Source of the DNA: Abditibacterium sp. | Lineage (GTDB): Bacteria > Armatimonadota > Abditibacteriia > Abditibacteriales > Abditibacteriaceae | NCBI GenBank assembly: GCA_965199495.1 | Contig: CBDASK010000003.1 | Location: 4,384,001-4,448,000, forward strand | Reading direction: 5' to 3' | Length of the DNA: 64,000 nucleotides | Shown here: positions 48,826 through 56,750 of the stretch, piece after piece | Layout of the letters: every line of letters starts with the position of its first letter | How positions within the stretch are numbered: the stretch's first letter is position 1 | The notes under the pieces: model-generated | What the model was told of the DNA's origin: nothing | Seen by the model: only the letters and a program-made list of their open reading frames with translations | Database searches by the model: none | Position numbers and translations under genes: made by a program

Positions 48826-51615
48826 ATGCGATTTTTATCAACCCTAATACTTTTATTGACCGTTATCGCCACTGCGCTGGCCGCTCCGACGCAACGGCAA
48901 TATCTGTCGGGCACCGACAAAGATCACACAGTCGCGTGGCAATTTTCGGTTTCGACGGGCCGTAATAGCGGTCAGTGGAGCACGATTCCCGTTCCGTCGA
49001 ACTGGGAAACCAAAGGTTTCGGCAATTACACTTCGGGCGACCGGCCCAAAAATCCCGAAACCGGGCTTTATAAAACCAATTTTACCGTGCCGAATTCGTG
49101 GCGCGGCCAGCACATTGACATCGTTTTCGAGGGCGCCATGACCGACACTTCGGTGAAAATCAACGGAGCCACGGCGGGGCCGACGCATCAGGGCGGGTTT
49201 TACCGGTTTCACTACGACATCACTCCGCTCATCAAATTCGGGCAATTGAATACGCTCGAAGCGACGGTGGATAAAGTTTCCGCCGATAACTCGGTCAATC
49301 GCGCCGAGCAGCAGGGCGACTATTGGAGTTTCGGCGGCATTTATCGCCCGGTTTATCTGGCGGCGCGGCCCGCCCAATCTATCGAACGCGTGGCGATTAA
49401 CGCGCAGGCCGATGGCACTTTTGCGGCGGATGTGACGCTCGATGGCGTCACGGACGCCGACGTTTTGGCGGCGCAAGTGCAAACCTTAGAGGGCAAACCG
49501 GTCGGCGTGGCTGTATCGGCGCGCGTTACGCCCGGCCAGACGAGCGCAACGCTTAACGCGAAGATTAATGCGCCTTTACAGTGGACTGCCGAAACGCCGA
49601 ATTTGTATCAAGCCGTGATTCAACTGGGGCGCGGCAAACGCGAAATTCATCGCATAACGCAGCGCTTCGGCTTTCGCACCATCGAAGTGCGCGAGGGCGA
49701 TGGCATTTACGTCAACGGGCGCAAGATTATGTTGAAAGGATCGGATCGGCATTCGTTCTGGCCCGAAAGCGGGCGCACGACCAGCGCGACGATTAACCGC
49801 GACGACATTCTGCTGATGAAGCAGATGAACATGAACGCGGTGCGGATGTCGCACTACCCGCCCGACGTTGATTTTCTCGATTCGTGCGACGAGTTGGGAC
49901 TTTACGTTTTGGATGAAATCGCGGGCTGGCAGAAAAAATATGACACGCCCATCGGTAAAAAAATCGTCAGAGAAACCGTGTTGCGCGACGTGAATCATCC
50001 GTCCATTTTGTTCTGGGACAACGGCAACGAAGGCGGCTGGAACACCGAGTTGGACGACGATTACGCGCTCTACGACCCGCAGAAACGCCATGTTCTGCAT
50101 CCGTGGATGCTGTTTCGCGGCATTGATACCGGACATTACAAAACGTATAACGGCACGCGCGATTTGCTCGATAAAAACAACATCGTGATGCCGACCGAGT
50201 TTTTGCACGGCCTTTACGACGGCGGCGCGGGCGCGGGTCTGGACGATTACTGGAACTTGATGCAGAGCCGTCCTCTGGCGGCGGGCGGTTTCATCTGGGC
50301 GTTTTTGGACGAGGGTTTGGTGCGCGACGACCAAAACGGCGCCATTGACGTTTTCGGCAATCGCTATCCCGACGGCATTCTGGGGCCTCACCGCGAGAAA
50401 GAAGGCAGCTTTTACACCATCAAAGACGTTTGGTCGCCGATTCAAATCGGCAGCCGCGATTATTACGAAAAGCAGTTTCCCGATGCTTTCAATGGCGAGG
50501 TTTCGCTCGATAATCATTATTCGTTTACCAACGCCAGCCAGTGCAGTTTCGCTTGGAAATTGGTGAATTTTCCGGCGCCCGATGGCAAGAGTTCGGCAAA
50601 TATCGTCGTGGCGCAGGGCCGCGCGCCCAGCCCACAAATCGCGCCGGGCGCGAGCGGCAAGTTGAGCCTGAATTTGCCCGCCAACTGGCGCAATTCCGAT
50701 GCGCTTCAATTGAGCGCGAGCGATCCGACTGGGCACGAACTCAACCGCTGGATGTGGCCGATCAAGCGCGCGTCAGATTTTGAGAGTCGCATCGTCGCCC
50801 GCTCCAATGCAGCCACGGCGCCCGTGGCTGCGACGCAGGACGCGGATAACTTCGTTTTGACGGCGGGCCAAACCGTCGTCAGCATTAGTAAAAGCACGGG
50901 ATTAATTGCGCAAGTGCAACGCGGCGGAACGGCTGTCGGGCTGGACAACGGGCCAACGCTTGCGGCTTCGTCGCCGACGCAAAACGAATTGAAAAGCGTG
51001 ACGAACCAAACCGACGGCAGTGCGCAAGTTGTCGAGGCGACGTTTAGCGGAAATATGAACTCGATTCGCTACGAGTTGCAGCCAAACGGTTGGCTTGGGG
51101 TGAGTTACAAATATAATCTCACAGGCGCGCAGGATTACATGGGCGTGAGTTTCGACTTGCCCGAAAAGCAGGTTCAGGGCATCAAATGGCTGGGTGTGGG
51201 GCCATACCGCGTGTGGAAAAACCGGATGCGGGGCGGCGAAATCGGCGTGTGGTCGAAGGCTTACAACGACACCGCGACCGGCGCCGACACCTGGAATTAT
51301 CCCGAATTTAAGGGCTATTACGCGCGCACTTACTGGGCGAAATTGCAAACCACAAACGGGCCAATTACGGTCGTGACGCCCGACGAAAACCTGTTTTTGC
51401 GGCTTTACACGCCGCGCAACGGCCCCGATCCCAAAGGCGCGGAAGCGAAATTTCCTGCGGGCGACATCTCGTTCTTGGACGGCATCGCGCCCATTGGCAA
51501 CAAGTTTCACAGCGCCGACGCGACCGGGCCACAGGGGGCGCCCAACGACGCCAAAGGCGATACCGCGCACACGCTTTTCTTCTATTTTGGCGAGCCAACT
51601 TCCGCGCCACGATAG
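48826..51615 (+). CDS. GH2 beta-galactosidase-like, secreted
   Basis: Start at MRFLSTLI. Motifs DYWSFGGIYRPV, NAVRMSHYPP, WDNGNEGG and PTEFLHG. Confidence 0.9.
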   Translation: MRFLSTLILLLTVIATALAAPTQRQYLSGTDKDHTVAWQFSVSTGRNSGQWSTIPVPSNWETKGFGNYTSGDRPKNPETGLYKTNFTVPNSWRGQHIDIVFEGAMTDTSVKINGATAGPTHQGGFYRFHYDITPLIKFGQLNTLEATVDKVSADNSVNRAEQQGDYWSFGGIYRPVYLAARPAQSIERVAINAQADGTFAADVTLDGVTDADVLAAQVQTLEGKPVGVAVSARVTPGQTSATLNAKINAPLQWTAETPNLYQAVIQLGRGKREIHRITQRFGFRTIEVREGDGIYVNGRKIMLKGSDRHSFWPESGRTTSATINRDDILLMKQMNMNAVRMSHYPPDVDFLDSCDELGLYVLDEIAGWQKKYDTPIGKKIVRETVLRDVNHPSILFWDNGNEGGWNTELDDDYALYDPQKRHVLHPWMLFRGIDTGHYKTYNGTRDLLDKNNIVMPTEFLHGLYDGGAGAGLDDYWNLMQSRPLAAGGFIWAFLDEGLVRDDQNGAIDVFGNRYPDGILGPHREKEGSFYTIKDVWSPIQIGSRDYYEKQFPDAFNGEVSLDNHYSFTNASQCSFAWKLVNFPAPDGKSSANIVVAQGRAPSPQIAPGASGKLSLNLPANWRNSDALQLSASDPTGHELNRWMWPIKRASDFESRIVARSNAATAPVAATQDADNFVLTAGQTVVSISKSTGLIAQVQRGGTAVGLDNGPTLAASSPTQNELKSVTNQTDGSAQVVEATFSGNMNSIRYELQPNGWLGVSYKYNLTGAQDYMGVSFDLPEKQVQGIKWLGVGPYRVWKNRMRGGEIGVWSKAYNDTATGADTWNYPEFKGYYARTYWAKLQTTNGPITVVTPDENLFLRLYTPRNGPDPKGAEAKFPAGDISFLDGIAPIGNKFHSADATGPQGAPNDAKGDTAHTLFFYFGEPTSAPR

Positions 51616-51653
51616 CGCGCGGAAACTCGCACATCGCATTAGTTACAGTTACA

Positions 51654-51737
51654 TAACTCTCTTTGCTTGTCATTCTGAGCGTTCGTGCCTTCTGCCCAGA
51701 GGGCGCCCACGCTCAGAATGACAAGCAAAGAGAGTTA
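51654..51737. repeat. 29-bp perfect inverted repeat with GTCATTCTGAGCG/CGCTCAGAATGAC core
   Basis: TAACTCTCTTTGCTTGTCATTCTGAGCGT / ACGCTCAGAATGACAAGCAAAGAGAGTTA. Confidence 0.8.
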
Positions 51738-51744
51738 CCTTTTT

Positions 51745-53337
51745 ATGAAACGTTCTTCCCGATTTCGATTCGCGCCCGCGCTGTTGGCGGGCGCCGTGGC
51801 TGTTATGGGCTGCGGCCTCTTAACCCCGATTTTCGCGCAAACGACGGCGCCGCCTGCGGCGACGGCGAATCTTGCCCTGAGCGGCGAATATAATGTGCGC
51901 GCGTTTGGCGCGCGCGGCGATGGCAAAGCGCTCGATACTGACGCGATTAACCGCGCGATGGCGACGGCTTCGGCGGCGGGCGGCGGCACAGTTCTGGTGC
52001 CCGCCGGAACTTATCCGTGTTTGTCGTTGCACCTCAAAAGCAATATCCGCCTGCATCTCGACGCGGGCGCCGTGCTTTTGGCCGCCGAGCGTACCGAAAC
52101 GCAGCGCTACGACGCGCCCGAACCCAATGCCTCGACCAAATTTCAGGACTTCGGGCACAGCCACTGGCAGGACGGCTTTTTGTGGGGCGAGAATCTGGAA
52201 AACCTCACCATAGATGGGCCGGGCGAAATTTATGGCAAAGGCTTGGTCAAGGGCGACTCGAAGTTAGAGGGCACCGGCAATAAAGCGATTGCTCTGAAAA
52301 ATTGCCGCAACGTCAACTTCAGCGACTTCACGATTCGGCACGGTGGTTGGTTCGGTATTCTGGCGACGGGCGTGGACAATTTCACGCTCGACAATTTGAA
52401 GATTGACACCAATCGCGACGGCATGGACATTGACTGTTGCCGCAACGTGCGCCTTTCCAATTGCAGCATCAACTCGCCCAACGATGACGGGCTGTGCCTG
52501 AAAAGTTCCTACGGATTGAACGAGGCGCGCGCGACCGAGAACGTGACTATTACGAACTGCTTCGTAAGCGGCTACGACGAAGGCACGGTTTTGGACGGCA
52601 CGCGGCAATATCATCCCGAACGGGCGCCGAGCGGTTCGCCGCAGGGTCGCATCAAGTTCGGTACGGAATCGAACGGTGGTTTCAAGAACATCACGATTTC
52701 CAACTGTATCTTCGATCATTGTCGCGGTCTGGCGCTCGAAACCGTGGACGGCGGATTATTGGAAGACGTGACGATCAGCAACATTACCATGCGCGACATC
52801 AGCAACGCGCCGATTTATCTGCGTCTGGGCCGCCGGATGCGCGGGCCAGACGGCGCGGCTGTCGGCGAGCTGCGGCGCGTCAATATCTCGAACATCGTGG
52901 CTTATAACGTCGATCCCAAATCGTGCGTCATCATCAGCGGCATTCCCGATCACCATATCGAAGACGTTACGCTTTCCAACATTCAGATTTGGTATCAAGG
53001 CGGCGGCACGGCAGAGCAAGCCAACCTCGTGCCCAAGGAAGACGAAAGAGGTTATCCCGAACCGGAATTTTTGGGCATCATGCCCGCTTACGGATTTTAT
53101 CTGCGCCACATCAAAGGCATTACGCTTGATAATATCCAGTTGCATACTTTGTCCGCCGATGCGCGCCCGCCGCTTGCGCTGAGCGACGTGGTGGGCGCCG
53201 AATTCTTCCGCGTCAAAGCCGATAAAGCCGAGCAAACGCCGGTTTTCGCCATCAAAGATTCGTCGGATTTGACGATTCGCATGGTCAAAGGTGCGCAGGA
53301 TAAAGAGCAAAAAGAGCTTTATCAGGACAACTTTTGA
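51745..53337 (+). CDS. GH28 family protein, paralog C
   Basis: Start at MKRSSRF. Motifs DFGHSHWQ, TNRDGMDID, NDDGLCLKS and RIKFGTES. Confidence 0.9.
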   Translation: MKRSSRFRFAPALLAGAVAVMGCGLLTPIFAQTTAPPAATANLALSGEYNVRAFGARGDGKALDTDAINRAMATASAAGGGTVLVPAGTYPCLSLHLKSNIRLHLDAGAVLLAAERTETQRYDAPEPNASTKFQDFGHSHWQDGFLWGENLENLTIDGPGEIYGKGLVKGDSKLEGTGNKAIALKNCRNVNFSDFTIRHGGWFGILATGVDNFTLDNLKIDTNRDGMDIDCCRNVRLSNCSINSPNDDGLCLKSSYGLNEARATENVTITNCFVSGYDEGTVLDGTRQYHPERAPSGSPQGRIKFGTESNGGFKNITISNCIFDHCRGLALETVDGGLLEDVTISNITMRDISNAPIYLRLGRRMRGPDGAAVGELRRVNISNIVAYNVDPKSCVIISGIPDHHIEDVTLSNIQIWYQGGGTAEQANLVPKEDERGYPEPEFLGIMPAYGFYLRHIKGITLDNIQLHTLSADARPPLALSDVVGAEFFRVKADKAEQTPVFAIKDSSDLTIRMVKGAQDKEQKELYQDNF

Positions 53338-53388
53338 TTTCCGGCACTGCCAAAAATCTTGCGAGCGCGCCGATTGCTCCCGAACATT

Positions 53389-54420
53389 ATGACTTCCAAA
53401 AGGAACCTATCGCCCAATCTCAAAACTCCCAAACGGGTGACGATGCAAGACATCGCCGACCGGGCGGGCGTCGGGAAAATGCTGGTTTCCAACGCGCTCA
53501 ACGGCAGGGGCAAAGTGGCGCCCGCGACCAGAGAGAAAATTTTGGGCATCGCCAGCGAGTTGAATTATATTCCCAACTTCGCGGCGCGCGCTCTGGCCGC
53601 CGGGCGCACCGGCATCATCGCCATCATTAGCGGCCCCATCAACGAACCGTATTATGGCGCGATAGTTCATCTGCTGGAACATCATCTTAGCGCCGAAGAT
53701 TTCCACTTGATGCTGCTGGGCACGCCCCGCGAAGTCGAAGAACTGGTGACTGGCAACCTCGCGGTGGACGGCGCCATCGTGATTGATATGCTGGGTTTGG
53801 TCAGCGAATTTCACTCTCATCCGACGATTCCCTGCGTTTCGGTCAGCACAACGCAACAAACTTTTGTGGATAGCGTTTTCGTAGACCTGAGCGCCAGCAT
53901 CGAGGAGGCGTTGCATCGGATGCTCCAAAGTGGGCGCCAACGCATCGCTTTTTTCATCACCTCCGACAGCATGGCCTTGCCGCGCGAGGTGCGCGCGCGC
54001 ACGTATGACGAAACCATGAAGCGCGCCGGACGCGAGCCAGAAATCATCAACGTCGCCACCGATGACGTTGACGAGGTTTACCTTAACTTCAAAGCGCATA
54101 TCGAAGCGCATGGTTGCCCCGACGCGTTGCTGTGCCAAAACGACGAAACCGCGATGTGCGCTTACGGCGTTTTGCGCAAGTTGGGCTATGCCGTGCCCGC
54201 CGACGTGATGTTGGTGGGTTGCGACGGGCAACACACCATGAAATATTTCGATCCGCCACTTAGCACCATCGCGCAACCGATGGAAGAGATTTGCGAGTTG
54301 GCGTGGAAATTTCTGCGGCAACGCATCGCCACGCCCAACTTGCCGCATCAAGCGGCGACGGTGCAGGGTACGCTAATCGTCCGAGAATCGCTGCTCGACA
54401 GCGCGGACTCTGCCGCTTGA
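53389..54420 (+). CDS. LacI family repressor
   Basis: HTH and hinge VTMQDIADRAGVGKMLVSNALNG..NYIPNFAARALAAGRT, followed by a sugar-binding fold. Confidence 0.92.
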   Translation: MTSKRNLSPNLKTPKRVTMQDIADRAGVGKMLVSNALNGRGKVAPATREKILGIASELNYIPNFAARALAAGRTGIIAIISGPINEPYYGAIVHLLEHHLSAEDFHLMLLGTPREVEELVTGNLAVDGAIVIDMLGLVSEFHSHPTIPCVSVSTTQQTFVDSVFVDLSASIEEALHRMLQSGRQRIAFFITSDSMALPREVRARTYDETMKRAGREPEIINVATDDVDEVYLNFKAHIEAHGCPDALLCQNDETAMCAYGVLRKLGYAVPADVMLVGCDGQHTMKYFDPPLSTIAQPMEEICELAWKFLRQRIATPNLPHQAATVQGTLIVRESLLDSADSAA

Positions 54421-54504
54421 AATCGGCAGATTTTTGATGAGATCGAGATATTGATGATATAATTTTCGGTGGAGCCAAATACCGGTATCTTAGCTTTTTG
54501 GATT

Positions 54505-55569
54505 ATGAATGAGAGCAAAACCCTGATGCCCAAAGCGCGCGCCCGGCGGCGCAAAAGCGAGAGCGTGACGCTTCAAAATATCGCGGATCGCGTGGGCGTT
54601 CATGTGATGACGGTTTCGCACGCGCTCAAGGGCACCGGGCGCGTGGCTGATGCCACGCGCACGACAATTCTGGGCGTCGCCGCCGAGATGAACTACAAGC
54701 CCAATCGCGCCGCGCGCGCTCTGGTCACTGGCAGAACCGGCGCCGTCGCCGTGCTGACCGGCCCGGTTAGCGAGCATTTTTACGCGCACGCCCTGCACCT
54801 GTTGGAACACGAATTGGAAGCCGACCAAATCCAGATGGTTTTTACGCGCGCCCGCGACGGTCAGGGCGACTTTGAAACGATGCTGCAATCGGGCATGGTG
54901 GACGGCGTGATCGCCATTGACGCCTTTTCGGAACTGCGCGCGCTTTCCAAAATTTCGAGTTTCGCTCTGCCCTGCGTTTACGCGGGCGTTTTGCGCCCGG
55001 AACTCGCGCCCTCGCTGTCGGTGGACAGCATCGCCATTGACCTGAGCGGCGCCGCGCGCGAAGCCGCGCAATCGCTTCTTGATCTGGGTTGCGCGCGCAT
55101 CGCTTATCTGATTTCTAACGAAGGCATGAGCAATCCCGAAGATGTGCGCGCGCGCACCTACCTCGACACGCTGCAAAACGCGGGACGAACGCTGGAAATC
55201 ATCAACGTGAACATCGGCACCGATACTTCATGCCGCGAACTGACGCGCAGTCGTTTGCGAGATTACATCCAGCGTAGCGGCGCGCCCGACGGTTTACTGT
55301 GCCAAAACGACGAAATGGCCATCGCCGCTTACCGCGCGCTCCGCGACCTGAACCTGCGCGTGCCCGAAGACGTGCGCCTCATCGGTTGTGACGGACTGGA
55401 CGACATGGAGTATTTCGATCCGCCGATCTCGACGCTGGTGCAGCCGATAGAGGAAACCTGCGCGCTCGCGTGGAGATTTCTGCAACGCCGCCTTGCTAAT
55501 CCCGATTTGCCGCTGCAACACGCCGTTTTGCAAGCCCAACTGCGAAAACGCCCCTCGATGGCGCGCTAA
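54505..55569 (+). CDS. LacI family repressor
   Basis: VTLQNIADRVGVHVMTVSHALKG..NYKPNRAARALVTGRT. Confidence 0.92.
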   Translation: MNESKTLMPKARARRRKSESVTLQNIADRVGVHVMTVSHALKGTGRVADATRTTILGVAAEMNYKPNRAARALVTGRTGAVAVLTGPVSEHFYAHALHLLEHELEADQIQMVFTRARDGQGDFETMLQSGMVDGVIAIDAFSELRALSKISSFALPCVYAGVLRPELAPSLSVDSIAIDLSGAAREAAQSLLDLGCARIAYLISNEGMSNPEDVRARTYLDTLQNAGRTLEIINVNIGTDTSCRELTRSRLRDYIQRSGAPDGLLCQNDEMAIAAYRALRDLNLRVPEDVRLIGCDGLDDMEYFDPPISTLVQPIEETCALAWRFLQRRLANPDLPLQHAVLQAQLRKRPSMAR

Positions 55570-55741
55570 ATTCATGCGCCCTTTATAACGCGCGCGAACA
55601 GAGCAGCCACCGCCATAGACCACGGGCATAGACGCATTGACTTGGCGGTGTTTTCTGAGCAAAAGCGCGTTGTCATGTGCTTCATTTCGATTTCCGGCGC
55701 GGCGGCATACCCGCGCACCTAATAATTTTTTTCTATTTAAT

Positions 55742-55783
55742 GTTTGAAAACCAGTCGAGTTGGGTATACTAATCTAACGTTAG
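55742..55783 (+). promoter_or_regulatory. Promoter GTTTGA-N14-GGGTATACT plus perfect LacI-type palindrome CTAACGTTAG
   Basis: Lies between the two LacI genes and the DUF1559 gene; the palindrome starts 3 nt after the -10 box. Confidence 0.7.
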
Positions 55784-55826
55784 CGCAAATGAGTGTAAAT
55801 AGGATTTTCGGCGCCAGCGTATCACC

Positions 55827-56642
55827 ATGAAAAATATCCACACACACAACCAAAAAGCAAATCAAGCCTTCACGCTTATCGAGTTGTTGGTCGTCATCGC
55901 GATTATTGCTATCTTAGCGGCCATCTTGTTTCCGGTTTTCGCTCGTGCCCGCGAAAACGCGCGCCGTTCGAGCTGCATGAGCAACTTGAAGCAGTTGGGT
56001 TTGGGCATGATGCAATACACGCAAGATTACGACGAGAAATATCCTTGCCCCGGCGAAACCAGCTACAATGGCGAAAATCGCAATAACGATGGTTCGGCCA
56101 AGCAAGCTTCGTGGCGCCAGAAGATTTATCCTTACGTCAAAAGCACGCAACTTTTTTCCTGTCCGTCCAATACCCATAATGCCGACATCGCTGATGTTGG
56201 TGCGCCGGGAGTTGCGGGTTCGCCCGTGCCTCAAATGCCGGTGTCTTATATGATCAATTATAACCTCTATGTATCGCCGGGTGGTTATCAAGGATTGAGC
56301 ATGGCTCAGATCGATCAAGCCTCAACGCGCATCGCTATTGCCGAGGGCGGCGCCGACGGTTGGAATTGGACGGCATTCTCTCCGGGTTGGGGCACAAACA
56401 TCGCTGGTCGCGCTTTCGCCGGACATTTGGGCACGTTCTGTCTGGTTTATGCCGACGGACACGCCAAGGCCAAGCGCCCCGCCACAACTGCGCTTCCCTT
56501 AAACGAGTGGGGGCGCGGCGTTCTCTACAGCAACGACGGAAGCTGTGACGCCTATATCGCTGCCAATGCAATAAACTGCGCGAACCCAACGCCCACCGTT
56601 ACGGCGTATATGCAGGCAGTGGAACAGAAATATCCCGCGTAA
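55827..56642 (+). CDS. DUF1559 prepilin-type protein with H-X9-DG motif
   Basis: [15 protein letters not shown].., YTQDYDE, CPSN and [15 protein letters not shown]. Confidence 0.93.
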   Translation: MKNIHTHNQKANQAFTLIELLVVIAIIAILAAILFPVFARARENARRSSCMSNLKQLGLGMMQYTQDYDEKYPCPGETSYNGENRNNDGSAKQASWRQKIYPYVKSTQLFSCPSNTHNADIADVGAPGVAGSPVPQMPVSYMINYNLYVSPGGYQGLSMAQIDQASTRIAIAEGGADGWNWTAFSPGWGTNIAGRAFAGHLGTFCLVYADGHAKAKRPATTALPLNEWGRGVLYSNDGSCDAYIAANAINCANPTPTVTAYMQAVEQKYPA

Positions 56643-56656
56643 TCTCTCTCGGTTGC

Positions 56657-56700
56657 CGCGCAAAGTCGGCGCTCTGTTTCAGAGTCGCCGACTTTGCGCG
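56657..56700 (+). terminator. Long hairpin after the DUF1559 gene (weak terminator or mRNA stabiliser)
   Basis: CGCGCAAAGTCGGCG...CGCCGACTTTGCGCG, with a poor U-tract. Confidence 0.65.
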
Positions 56701-56750
56701 CTTCCATTGCTTTTCATCCTCCTCGCGATTCAATCTTTAGTTTTCATTTT

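Noticed and set aside
5928..56750. Longest-ORF starts at 5928, 14783, 35417, 44596, 44949, 48754, 51685 and 56694
   Set aside because: These extensions run through hairpins, repeats or neighbouring genes; downstream ATGs give proper signal peptides or match paralog starts.
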